This document shows, piece by piece, positions 28,657-39,600 of a stretch of DNA of 64,000 nt (its first letter is position 1; each line of letters opens with the position of its first letter). The stretch covers positions 62,001 through 126,000 of the IMG/VR virus record IMGVR_UViG_3300031857_000010, one strand, 5' to 3'. The translations under genes and the position numbers were made by a program. The notes below the pieces were generated by a model that saw only the letters and a list, made by a program, of their open reading frames with translations, was not told where the DNA came from and made no database searches.

Positions 28657-30696
28657 ATGCCATTTTTACCACCAGAATCAACGACATATATTAATGTTAA
28701 GCTAACTGATGCTGGCCGAAGATTACTTTCTTTGGGGCAATTACAGTTTTCTAAAGCTGTAGTTTCTGATAGAGAGATAGATTATAATATAGATAGGGAT
28801 AGAGTTAACGGATTATCTACTTACGATATTTTAAATAATAGAGTGTTAGCCCCAGTTGGAGATTATCCGAATATAGATCCCGTCAATTTAGATGGTACAA
28901 ATCCAATTGAATTAACAAACCAAACAATTCAATCTGTAAAACAGTTCGCGACTGCACAAACTGCAACTTATGGTATGTTTTCAGGATACTCTAATAACTG
29001 GTATTTCTTGGATGATAATCAACATATTTTGGCAAGAAGTATTGGTGTTGAAGGGGCTACAACAACTTTTGGTACAAATAATATTCAAATTACAGCACCT
29101 GTTGGTTACACAATTAAAGAAGGTGATAATATATACATATTATGGGTTCCGGATGCATATCCAACAGCTTCTGCTTTGAATCCAAATACCTCAGCTGATT
29201 TAATTTATTCTGGAACTCCTTTTAATGGTCTTTGGTATAAAGTTTATTCGGCTATTACAAACACAAATATTGATTTAGATAGAGCAATACCAAATATAGG
29301 TGGTGCTAAAACTAGATATCCACTATTCATTTATCCAGATAATGCCGTTGAATCATATTTTGGTTCAGGATATACTCAGCAAACAAAATTTTGGAACATG
29401 AATATTGTAAGACCATACGATGTTGCTGGTACGGATGTTACAATTGATGGAGTTTCCGGTTATTCATCATATGGTTCAATAGAATATGCTGGAACTAAGA
29501 CTTATTTGGGTTTTGATGAAAGTTATCCTGCTTTAGGATTGATTCACTATACCAATAAATTTAGTGGATTAACTTATGGAGAACAGTTGATAGAGAAATC
29601 AGTAATAATGAATATGCCAACATTGATGTGGCATGGATTCCCTGCAAATAATGGACAAGGTACAGAATATGGATTAACATTATATGATTCATATGGGAAT
29701 TCTTTTTATGATTCTGCAGCAAAAACAACATATAGAGAATTAAGAGACGGTATTCAATCAACAAATAAAGTTGTTGGTAGAGTATATCATAAATTACAAT
29801 TATTTGTAATTACTGATCAGGATTTATTAATGGCTATGTCTTACAAAGGAAATAGATCTTATACTTTACCAGAACCTATTGTAAATCTTGTTACTAATCC
29901 AGCTCCACCATTAACTACAAATGATGTGAATGGTTTGTGTGAATCTGGAAAAACATACTTTGTTACATATTTGATGGAAGTTGATCCTGCAAGTGTAGCG
30001 GGTTATGGTTATGATTATCCGATTCATTGTGGAAGTATAAAGCAAATAGATGGAGCTGTTGATATTAATGGTAACCCTCAATATTTATCTGTTCAATTTC
30101 CGACTAATAGTTTTCCATACATGAGGAATTCAACAGAATTAGCAAATGGTACAGGTTGGAATGCTCAGAGAGTTAAAATTTTAGTAAACGAACAAGATAA
30201 ATCATTTGATTATAAACCGGGTAATGTACCAGCAACTGACTGGGTTGTTTTATCTGGTCAGGGGATTTATGATTGCACAACTTTAGTTGTGCCAGATACT
30301 ACAATTGACCCAGTAGCTTTAAATTCTCATCAATTTATTGTTTCTAGAGAAGATTATAATTCTGGTGCTACAAGTGGAAATTATGTAATGTGGTCTGGAC
30401 ATACTTCTAATGGAGATATTTGTAATTTTGGAGGCGAATCTTTCTTTTTTGGTACTATAGATGCCCAAGTATTGACAACAACTTATAAAACAATCATAAC
30501 AGTTATAGCAGCTAATTATCAATATAATGATTCAAATAATGAAACTTTTGATTCACTAGTTGATGAAAATACATATATAACTGAAGTAGCAATTCTAGAT
30601 AATCAAAACAATACAGTGGCTGTTGGTAAACCTACATACCCACTGAAAAAAGCTAATTCTAGATATTTAGCTTTTCAATTAATAATAGATTTTTAA
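28657..30696 (+). CDS. Putative baseplate/tail structural protein
   Basis: N-terminal LTDAGRRLL and C-terminal YITEVAILD..NTVAVGK motifs shared with neighbouring genes. Confidence 0.6.
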   Translation: MPFLPPESTTYINVKLTDAGRRLLSLGQLQFSKAVVSDREIDYNIDRDRVNGLSTYDILNNRVLAPVGDYPNIDPVNLDGTNPIELTNQTIQSVKQFATAQTATYGMFSGYSNNWYFLDDNQHILARSIGVEGATTTFGTNNIQITAPVGYTIKEGDNIYILWVPDAYPTASALNPNTSADLIYSGTPFNGLWYKVYSAITNTNIDLDRAIPNIGGAKTRYPLFIYPDNAVESYFGSGYTQQTKFWNMNIVRPYDVAGTDVTIDGVSGYSSYGSIEYAGTKTYLGFDESYPALGLIHYTNKFSGLTYGEQLIEKSVIMNMPTLMWHGFPANNGQGTEYGLTLYDSYGNSFYDSAAKTTYRELRDGIQSTNKVVGRVYHKLQLFVITDQDLLMAMSYKGNRSYTLPEPIVNLVTNPAPPLTTNDVNGLCESGKTYFVTYLMEVDPASVAGYGYDYPIHCGSIKQIDGAVDINGNPQYLSVQFPTNSFPYMRNSTELANGTGWNAQRVKILVNEQDKSFDYKPGNVPATDWVVLSGQGIYDCTTLVVPDTTIDPVALNSHQFIVSREDYNSGATSGNYVMWSGHTSNGDICNFGGESFFFGTIDAQVLTTTYKTIITVIAANYQYNDSNNETFDSLVDENTYITEVAILDNQNNTVAVGKPTYPLKKANSRYLAFQLIIDF

Positions 30697-30708
30697 AAAA
30701 GTAAAAAA

Positions 30709-31431
30709 ATGGGATTAATACCAAGTGCAACAACTGTTTATGCAAGAGCCTATCTTACTGAATTAGGAAGACAATATCTATTTGACAGTTTGTCAAAACC
30801 CAGATATATTCAACTTCCTAATGGAGTTACTGTAGATAGATTAAAAATTACACGTTTCTCATTGGGTGATCCAGATGTAAATTATACTCTTCCACTTCCT
30901 TTATTATCTGGAGAAATACCAGATTTATCAGGCGAAAATGAAAATGCAGTAACTGGTGCAAAGGGAAGAACATTGGATAATTTGATTAGTCCTACTACAT
31001 CAACAATTCCGGCAGAATCAATTGAAACAGTTGAGTATAAAACAACATATCAAAGTATTAATTTTAATTCAAATGTTGCTCCAACAACTTTTCCAGTTGT
31101 AACTACTCAACAATTACAAACATTTGTTGATGGTGCTTTGGTTAATGATGGAGTTTATGTAGTGTCTCCAACTAGTTATGGTCCAAATGTCATCAATAAT
31201 AATGAATTAATTATTCCTTTAAAACAACCTACAGCAACAGCTCCCGGTTATAGATTAAGAATATTCTTCCCTTCAACTGGAAGTAATTATAATAAAATTA
31301 CTTTTCAATTTGAAAAAGCAAATCAAATTCAGGGAACACCAACGACACAAGTATCTACAGGTTTAAATCCCTTGGTTAATCCTACTTTAAACGTAGCACA
31401 AACAAATATAGGTGCAACAGCTGCAGAATAA
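30709..31431 (+). CDS. Putative structural protein
   Basis: N-terminal YLTELGRQYL..ITRFSLGDPDVNY resembles the N-terminus of 28657. Confidence 0.6.
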   Translation: MGLIPSATTVYARAYLTELGRQYLFDSLSKPRYIQLPNGVTVDRLKITRFSLGDPDVNYTLPLPLLSGEIPDLSGENENAVTGAKGRTLDNLISPTTSTIPAESIETVEYKTTYQSINFNSNVAPTTFPVVTTQQLQTFVDGALVNDGVYVVSPTSYGPNVINNNELIIPLKQPTATAPGYRLRIFFPSTGSNYNKITFQFEKANQIQGTPTTQVSTGLNPLVNPTLNVAQTNIGATAAE

Positions 31432-31455
31432 TAATAAAATATAAATCAATAAATA

Positions 31456-31860
31456 ATGGCAAGAGCATTAGTAAACAAAGATTTATCAGCAAGATTGACT
31501 GAAAATAATTTTTCAGAATTACAATCTCAAGTGACACTAGGACCAAGTTTAAGTACAGCGACCGTACAAGGAGAAGCTATTGCTGCCAATGTAAATGATG
31601 CAGTATCGGTAAATCAATGGGTTGCTATGACTCAAGCAGATCAAGGTTTATTGAATGCAATATATGACTTTGTTAATACCACGAAAGAAGGTGCAAGTGT
31701 CATACCTGATAATAGATTTGGCAGAACAAAAAAACTATTCTTTAATTTTTATGGTACTATGGGTAAGTCCATAAAACCCGGAGAAATAGGTCAATTTGAA
31801 GTTAATTTTAGTTATCCACCAAGATCTTTAACAGATACTGGTTCATCCGCAGCACTTTAA
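31456..31860 (+). CDS. Hypothetical protein, tandem duplicate copy A
   Basis: 134 aa; 130 of 134 residues identical to the next ORF. Confidence 0.8.
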   Translation: MARALVNKDLSARLTENNFSELQSQVTLGPSLSTATVQGEAIAANVNDAVSVNQWVAMTQADQGLLNAIYDFVNTTKEGASVIPDNRFGRTKKLFFNFYGTMGKSIKPGEIGQFEVNFSYPPRSLTDTGSSAAL

Positions 31861-31890
31861 ATTCAAAAAACAACTATAAGTAAATAAAAA

Positions 31891-32295
31891 ATGGGAAGAG
31901 CAATAGTCAACAAAGATTTATCAGCAAGATTGACTGAAAATAATTTTTCAGAATTACAATCTGAAGTTACTTTGGGTCCAAGTTTAAGTACAGCGACCGT
32001 ACAAGGAGAAGCTGTTGCTGCCAATGTAAATGATGCAGTATCGGTAAATCAATGGGTCGCAATGACTCAAGCAGATCAAGGTTTATTGAATGCAATATAT
32101 GACTTTGTTAATACCACAAAAGAGGGTGCCAGTGTAATACCTGATAATAGATTTGGAAGAACGAAAAAATTATTCTTTAATTTCTACGGGACTATGGGAA
32201 AATCTATAAAGCCCGGAGAAATAGGTCAATTTGAAGTTAATTTTAGTTATCCACCAAGATCTTTAACAGATACTGGTTCATCCGCAGCACTTTAA
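31891..32295 (+). CDS. Hypothetical protein, tandem duplicate copy B
   Basis: 134 aa; near-identical to the previous ORF. Confidence 0.8.
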   Translation: MGRAIVNKDLSARLTENNFSELQSEVTLGPSLSTATVQGEAVAANVNDAVSVNQWVAMTQADQGLLNAIYDFVNTTKEGASVIPDNRFGRTKKLFFNFYGTMGKSIKPGEIGQFEVNFSYPPRSLTDTGSSAAL

Positions 32296-32314
32296 AAAAT
32301 AATAAAAAAAAGAA

Positions 32315-33502
32315 ATGAGTACAATTGATCCACGTTTTACAAAATTAGTAAGTTCATCGCTTACAGTTCAAGCTGAAACATTAGATAATAAAATAGTTTC
32401 AAATGAAGAATTATTTTTCACTGAATGTGACAGAAATTCAGTTGCAGATAATAAGGGAAATTATTTTGTTTCTTTTAATCTCCCAACTTCTGATGATGAT
32501 TTAAGTACAAGTTCAACTATAGCAAAATATTTTCCAGAGCTTTATCAGTTAAATAATGAAAAGATTGTTTTTTGTTCTATACCCCCAACTGAATATTCAG
32601 AATTTATAGACGGAAGATCTATAACTCTTTTTGTACCAACAAGTGGTACAGCACCCGGACCTTTTGATGGAGTAAAGATTTATTCTTCAACATATTCATC
32701 TGATAAACCATTGAAATATGGCGAAACAAATCAACTGTTAGGTGATAATATTTGTTTTTTATTTTGTGATGATATAAATATTCCTTATACTGGATTTACT
32801 GCAAATGAAATTGGAGTAAGAACTAATATGTCAGCTAATACAACTTGGGAACCAGATCCAACTGATTATACGAAGAGACCATCTGCTGTTTCATACAGAG
32901 AGGTTTTAGGTGGAGGAATTTCTTCTGTATTGAATCCTAATAATAGGCCAAACGGATTAAATACTGATACAAGATCAGGAAGTTATTCTATAACACCTCC
33001 TACTAATTTTCCAGACGGAGTTGCAGGTTATAATTACGATGTTCCAGTAGGTTTTTGTTATTTAGATATGGGTATTTGTGTTTTAACTCATACTGCCATA
33101 ACACAAAATATTGTATGGACAGAGGGTACTGGTGGCCCCGGATCAGGTGACTTAAACTATACTTCTGGAAGAACAAATGTTTATTTTTCTGGATTAAATA
33201 TTGATGATGATCCAGCAGCTTATTTGGAATACACCGATATTAACACATCTTTCAAAATTTCCGCAGTTTGTTTGGCAATGCCTACTGAGTTCTGGATCTC
33301 TAATAATTCTACTTGGGATAGAACTAGTGCTCTCAACAATATTAATTCTCAAACAGGTATAATTACATTAGATCCAGTTTATGTAACTGAAGTTGGATTA
33401 TACAATAGAATGAATGAATTAATAGCTGTTGCTAAACTTTCGGAATACGTTGAAAAAAACTATATAAATTTAGTTACTTTCAATATTGATATAGATATGT
33501 AA
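32315..33502 (+). CDS. Putative structural protein (paralog A)
   Basis: C-terminal YVTEVGLYN..NELIAVAKLS; paralogous to 33539. Confidence 0.65.
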   Translation: MSTIDPRFTKLVSSSLTVQAETLDNKIVSNEELFFTECDRNSVADNKGNYFVSFNLPTSDDDLSTSSTIAKYFPELYQLNNEKIVFCSIPPTEYSEFIDGRSITLFVPTSGTAPGPFDGVKIYSSTYSSDKPLKYGETNQLLGDNICFLFCDDINIPYTGFTANEIGVRTNMSANTTWEPDPTDYTKRPSAVSYREVLGGGISSVLNPNNRPNGLNTDTRSGSYSITPPTNFPDGVAGYNYDVPVGFCYLDMGICVLTHTAITQNIVWTEGTGGPGSGDLNYTSGRTNVYFSGLNIDDDPAAYLEYTDINTSFKISAVCLAMPTEFWISNNSTWDRTSALNNINSQTGIITLDPVYVTEVGLYNRMNELIAVAKLSEYVEKNYINLVTFNIDIDM

Positions 33503-33538
33503 TTCTATTTGATATTGAAAGTCATTTAGAATTACATT

Positions 33539-34969
33539 ATGATTGATCCTAAATTCACAAGTCCTGTTAGTGGTTTTCTCTATATAAATGAAGAGAACGA
33601 AATTCCAATTTCGTTGTCAGGAGATAGTGTTTCTTTAAGTTTGTGTGATAGAACTGGTATAACAAATAATTTAGGTAATTATTTTGTTTCTTTAAATTTA
33701 CCAACTGATAAAGATAAATTTCCAACAAATTCATCTTTATCTTTTTTTTATCCCGAATTACAACAATTAAATGTTGATAAAATATTATTAATAAAAATAC
33801 CAAATACTGCTTATACTGAATTTATAGATGCTAGATCTATAAAATTAAATGTACCCGGTACTGGTAGTTCAGCTAATTTCTATACTTTATTTTCTTCGAC
33901 TTATTCTGATAGTACACCCGACAAATATGGCGAAAGAAGTCCTTTGCTAGGAGATAATATTACTTATTTATTTAGTGATAGTGTTAATTTGCCATATACA
34001 GGATTAAGTGTAAATCAGATTGGACAAATTATATCAAATTCCGCTGTAACATCTTGGAATCCCATAGATAGAAGATATCAAGATAGACCTTCAGCAACTT
34101 CATATGCAGAAACAAAATTAAGTAATGATTCAATAAATACTGATAGAAGATATAGAATAAATAAATCTGTTTTTGTTGATGGGTTATATAATGATTATAG
34201 GGGTCAAGCAATAGGATATTATGATTCATATTTTGACGCAGGTGATGTTGGTTTTGTAGTTTTACCAGATCGTAATTACTTTTCTGTAGGAGATTCAATA
34301 ACAATTGATGAATTTGACCATACTTTAAACCCTACTTATTCTGGAAATGTTCAAGTTACTAGTATTATAAAAAATTATTATCAATCTGGATTAATATATG
34401 CCCCAGATGGTTATGATGGACCATTTGATGTAATAGTAACAAATAAAGCTTTTGCAGCAACTACTAGTAATGAAGCTGGAATTTTATATATTAGTGGAGG
34501 AACATATTATAATTATGATATTCCTGTTGGTTTTGTTGTTCTTGATAAAGGTTTAATTGCAATTACTCATACAGATATAGTAAATTCAATAGATTGGGTA
34601 TCTGGTTTTCTACCTGATGGCAGTCCAAATTCAGGTGGCGAAACAACCAATATTTATTTTGATACTACTGATACTTCAATATATGGAGATGAAGAACCTA
34701 TATGTTCACTAGATTTCACATCTTTAGATACAGTTTTTAAATTAAGAACAACTTGTAATAGTTTATTGGGTCAATTTTATATTTCAAATAACGCTACTTG
34801 GGATAATGCATTAGCAAGCAATCCTTATGCAGCTAATCAACAAGTTTCAATTACTGAGGTTGGTTTATATAATGAATTAAATGAATTAGTTGCGGTTGCA
34901 AAATTTTCAGAACCAATTTATAAAGGTGCTTTAGATTTATTCACTTTTGAAATAGATATAAATCTTTAA
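33539..34969 (+). CDS. Putative structural protein (paralog B, with insertion)
   Basis: Shares CDR..GNYFVSLNLPT, YPELQQLN, EFIDARSI, YNYDIPVGF and ITEVGLYN with 32315. Confidence 0.65.
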   Translation: MIDPKFTSPVSGFLYINEENEIPISLSGDSVSLSLCDRTGITNNLGNYFVSLNLPTDKDKFPTNSSLSFFYPELQQLNVDKILLIKIPNTAYTEFIDARSIKLNVPGTGSSANFYTLFSSTYSDSTPDKYGERSPLLGDNITYLFSDSVNLPYTGLSVNQIGQIISNSAVTSWNPIDRRYQDRPSATSYAETKLSNDSINTDRRYRINKSVFVDGLYNDYRGQAIGYYDSYFDAGDVGFVVLPDRNYFSVGDSITIDEFDHTLNPTYSGNVQVTSIIKNYYQSGLIYAPDGYDGPFDVIVTNKAFAATTSNEAGILYISGGTYYNYDIPVGFVVLDKGLIAITHTDIVNSIDWVSGFLPDGSPNSGGETTNIYFDTTDTSIYGDEEPICSLDFTSLDTVFKLRTTCNSLLGQFYISNNATWDNALASNPYAANQQVSITEVGLYNELNELVAVAKFSEPIYKGALDLFTFEIDINL

Positions 34970-34998
34970 TTTTTTTATTTAATTTTTATTTTAATTTT

Positions 34999-35547
34999 AT
35001 GATTTTAGCATTAGATATTTCTACCTCTGTAATAGGTGTTGCACTTTTTGGTTTAGAAAATGATAATTACAAACTTCATGAATTATCATATAAAAAATTT
35101 AAACCTAAACATAATCTTTTTGAAAAATACGATGATTTTGTAGAATTTTTCAAGGATTACCAAGATATAAAATTTACTGATATAAGCATTGAAGAACCTT
35201 TGAAAAAATTTAAGGGTAAATTTTCAAATGCAGATACAATTCAAAAATTAACTCAGATGAATTCAATGATAAGTTTATTTTTGTATCAGAAAACCGGTAT
35301 TCAACCTACTTATTATAACGTTTCTGCTGCTAGGGGAATTGTTTTTCCGGACTTAAAAATTCCTAAATCACATCCAAATAAAAAATATTTAATTTGGGAG
35401 GCAGTAGACAGAGCTGAGCCAAAAGTTATATGGAAATATAGCAAAACAACTCATAAGTTAATTGATGAAAATTTTGATATGGCGGATGCTTGGGTGGTTG
35501 GAATGGCACATGTTTGTTCTAAAATAAACTCAAAACAATTAGTATAA
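34999..35547 (+). CDS. RuvC-like Holliday junction resolvase
   Basis: ILALDISTSVIG, IEEPL, DMADA. Confidence 0.75.
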   Translation: MILALDISTSVIGVALFGLENDNYKLHELSYKKFKPKHNLFEKYDDFVEFFKDYQDIKFTDISIEEPLKKFKGKFSNADTIQKLTQMNSMISLFLYQKTGIQPTYYNVSAARGIVFPDLKIPKSHPNKKYLIWEAVDRAEPKVIWKYSKTTHKLIDENFDMADAWVVGMAHVCSKINSKQLV

Positions 35548-35575
35548 TTTATAATTTTTTATTATTTTTGCTCAA

Positions 35576-36637
35576 ATGGTCTCTGGCGAAAATAATATTG
35601 TCATTAATTCTATTCTGAAAAGGATCCTTGGTGATCCAAAAGATGAATACGATAATATCATACAATTCGAATATAATTGTCCAAGTTCATATTGTAGAAG
35701 TGATATAGATAAATTTAATTTAGGCTACAATTCAGAATTAAATATTTTTCATTGCTGGAAGTGTAAATATAAGGGTTTTGTTAAGAGAGTTATAGAAGAT
35801 TTTGGAACAGAAGATGAGAATGAAAAAATAAAATTAATTTTTCCTAAATCCTCTAAAAATTATTTACAAAACAACAACAACATTACTAATAATAAAATTG
35901 TTGTAGACCAAAATTTAATCTGTGAACTTCCGGAGGGTTTTAAGCCACTTTCTCAAACTTATAGTAGTTTGAATTATAGAAAAGCAATAAAATATTTACA
36001 ATCTAGAAAAGTTGATTTTGAAACAATAAAAAAATACAATATAGGTTATACCGAAGACGGTCCAAGAAAATTTAGAATTATAATTCCATCTTATAATGTC
36101 GATGGTAAAATAAATTATTATGAAGCAAGGAGTTATTTACCTAATATAAAACCCACATATTTAAAACCTGATTTTCCTGATAAACAAGATATAATTTTTA
36201 ATGTTAAAAACATAAATTTTAATTTGCCAGTTTATCTTGTTGAAGGTGTATTTGATATGTTTCCAATATTGAATGCTATTCCTTTATTGGGTAAGACTAT
36301 TTCTGATCTTTTGCTGACCAAGCTTTTAGAATTTAAATCTAAAATTGTCATTTGTTTAGATGAAGACGCAAAAAAAGATGCATATAATCTATATTTTAAA
36401 TTAGAAAGTTTGGGTTTAGACGTTTATTATGTTGATATTAAAGGAGATATAGCAAAATATTATGAGCAAAATGGAAGAGAAGAATTGATTAAAATTCTAA
36501 GAAATCATAAAAAAATAGATTTTAATCATATTTTTGTTGATAAATTGAAAGGTAGAAAAAAAGGTTATTTAAAAAATATAAATCCTGATTTTGCAAAGAG
36601 GGAATTTGAGAGGTTAAAAAATAAAATAAATGAATAA
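35576..36637 (+). CDS. DNA primase (Zn finger plus Toprim)
   Basis: CPSSYC..HCWKC; LVEGVFD; CLDEDA. Confidence 0.85.
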   Translation: MVSGENNIVINSILKRILGDPKDEYDNIIQFEYNCPSSYCRSDIDKFNLGYNSELNIFHCWKCKYKGFVKRVIEDFGTEDENEKIKLIFPKSSKNYLQNNNNITNNKIVVDQNLICELPEGFKPLSQTYSSLNYRKAIKYLQSRKVDFETIKKYNIGYTEDGPRKFRIIIPSYNVDGKINYYEARSYLPNIKPTYLKPDFPDKQDIIFNVKNINFNLPVYLVEGVFDMFPILNAIPLLGKTISDLLLTKLLEFKSKIVICLDEDAKKDAYNLYFKLESLGLDVYYVDIKGDIAKYYEQNGREELIKILRNHKKIDFNHIFVDKLKGRKKGYLKNINPDFAKREFERLKNKINE

Positions 36638-39600
36638 TAAAATTGCACACATAGCTGATCTACATATTAGATTCGGTTCAAGACATCAAGAATATAAAAC
36701 TGTATTTAACAGACTTATAAAAGATTTAAAAAATGAACAACCAAGAAGAATAGTTGTTGCTGGAGATATTTTTCACCTGAAAATAAATATGTCTCCAACG
36801 TCTATTGATATTGCCGGTAATTTATTGAGGGCCTTATCCAAAATAGCACCAGTTGATTTGATTATTGGAAATCACGATTTTAATCAACAAGATTTAACTC
36901 AGGGCGATGCAATTTCTCCATTAATTGATTTATTAGAGAATGGTTTTATTGTCACAAAAGAAAATCCAGAATTGATAATTCCCAAGGATGGCAATGGTGT
37001 ATACTTTTTCAAGGATTCTGGTTTATATGAAATTGAAGAAGATATTATTTATGGTGTTTATTCTTTATTAGATAACGAGATATTAACTTTAACTGAAAAA
37101 GAAAAAAACAAAAAATATATAGCTCTTTACCACGGTCCTGTTTATGGATGCGTAAATGACAATGGATATCAACTGAAGGGTGATGAATTAATGAAAATTA
37201 CAGCCTTTAACAATTTTGACATTGTTATACTCGGTGATATACACGAACACCAATCATTTGAAAGAAAAAATGGAGATACTGCAGCTTATTCCGGCAGTTT
37301 AATTCAACAAAATTTCGGTGAGTCAATTGAAAAAGGATATTTGATTTGGGACTTAAATTCAAATGAATTTGAGAGAAAACATATCCCAAATGATTATGGG
37401 TATTGTAAGTTAAATATCACTAAAGGTGAAATTGTTGAAGAAAGATTACAGGATTTAAAGTTTTCTTTAGATAAGAAAAAAACTAGAGTTTATATCGAGA
37501 TTGAGGATGATGCTGAAAACGAAAATGTTGAAAAGAAGTCACAAGTAAGAAAATGGATTAAAGACATTCATGGCTGCGAAAATGTAACCGTTGAATTTAA
37601 ACCCATTATCAAGGATAAGGTTTTAGAATCAGATGAGGATGATTTTTCTTATGAAAATTCCGAAAGCTTTGAGAAGCTTTTGATTGATTATTTAAATCAA
37701 AATTCTTACGAAAATATTCAGGATGTTATTGAATTGAGCAAGGAAATTGATTCTAAAATAAATTTAGAATCGAATGATAAGAAGGGTATTGAATGGGATT
37801 TGAATAAAATGGAAACCTTTAATATTTTTTCTCATCCAGCACAAACAAATGAATTTGATTTTGACAAATTAAATGGAATCACCGGTATATTTGGAAAAAA
37901 CTACTCAGGAAAATCCAATTTAATAAAAGCTTTAGTGTGGGGATTATATGAAAAGATTTTGGGAGGAGGAGATAATCACAAGGTTGTTAATCTTTACACA
38001 GGTGTTAACAAGTCTTGGGTGAGAATTTACATTACAATAGCAGGTATTAAATATAGAATTGAAAGAGGTATAACTGTTTCATCCAAAAGAGATGGAACAA
38101 CCAAAGCTGCATATTCTGTCAAATATGAATATTTATCTCACGATGAAGATGGTGAAGAAATTTGGATCAATGAAGATTCTGATCGTGCTGCTAAAGAGAA
38201 AAAAGAGTTTAAAAAACTAATAATTGATAGTATAGGAACTTTCGATGATTTTACAAAAATATCACTTCAGACACAAGGTGGAAAAGATGATTATTTAAGT
38301 TTACAACAACAACCAAAGAATGATTTGATAAGAAAGTTTTTTGGTTTGGAGGTTTTTGACATCAAATATGAATTCGCTAATAAAATTTTTAATCAAATAA
38401 AGTCTGTACAAAAACAACTTGGAGACCCATCTGAAATCGAAAAACAGATTGAAGAATTGAAGGATAAAAATTCTAATGATAAAATACATCTTGACTCTCT
38501 ACAAAAGGATAAAGATGAAAATGATGAACAGATAGAAATTCACAATTCTGAAATTTTAGAACTCACAAAAAAAATATTGCAATTAGAAGAAACTACTGAA
38601 AAAAATATAACTGAAGTAGAACAAAAAATAGAGAAAAATAATTCAGAAATTAATAAATTTTCTGAAAATATAAATTCATTATCTGATTGGACATCTAAAA
38701 ACTTTCTTAAGGAAACACCTCAAGAAATTGCTGGATTAAAATCAAATGACCTAGAAAATAAAATAGAGTCTATAAAAACACGATTCCAAAAAAATAAAAA
38801 TTTATATCTTGAATTTGAGAAATGGATTAAGGAAAATCCTAAACTTACTGTTGAGGAATCAAAACCATATGAAGATGAATTAGATTCTAAACGAAAAGAT
38901 AAATTAAATTTAGATAATGATCTAAAGGTTTCTAGAGGAGAAAAGTGCCCAACTTGTAAACAAACCACTAAACAAGCTAATCCAGAAGTTGAGCAAGAAT
39001 GTATTGTGAAGATTTCTTCAATCACATCAGAAATAAACGGATTACAAGAAAAAATAAATTCGATAAAAAGTGCTTCTACTCATAATATAAATTTTGATGG
39101 TCAAAAAAATAAGTTAGACTCTCTTAAAATATCATTACAATCTGATAAAAATGAAATGGATTCATTGAAAGTCAATTTAGAAAAATTGAAACAAGCCGAA
39201 ACTGACATCTTGCATAATGAGGAGGTAAAAAATAAAAACAGAGATTTGGAGGATCAAAAAAATAAATTGAAGAGTTTTGAAGATAAAAATAAAGACCTCA
39301 AAGAACAAATTTCTAAAATAAAATCAAACGAAACCAAGATATCATCTAATAGTAAAATTGATAACAAAATTGAAGCTTTAAAACAAAGTATAAAAGAATA
39401 CAAGATTGTTATTCATCAACTTGATAATAAAATAAAAGATTTTTCCGGTACAATAAAAGTTAATCAAAACAATATCGAAAACTTGATTGATAAATTAAAT
39501 CAGATAAAAGAATCAGTTAGAATATATGCTAAATATTCTGTTTATTTACAGGCTGTTTCAAGAGATGGAATACCAGCTCAGATAATTAAAAAGAAACTTC

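Noticed and set aside
15457-32295. Diversity-generating retroelement acting on the fibre repeats or the duplicated genes
   Set aside because: No reverse transcriptase in the window, and differences between copies are mostly synonymous and not adenine-specific.
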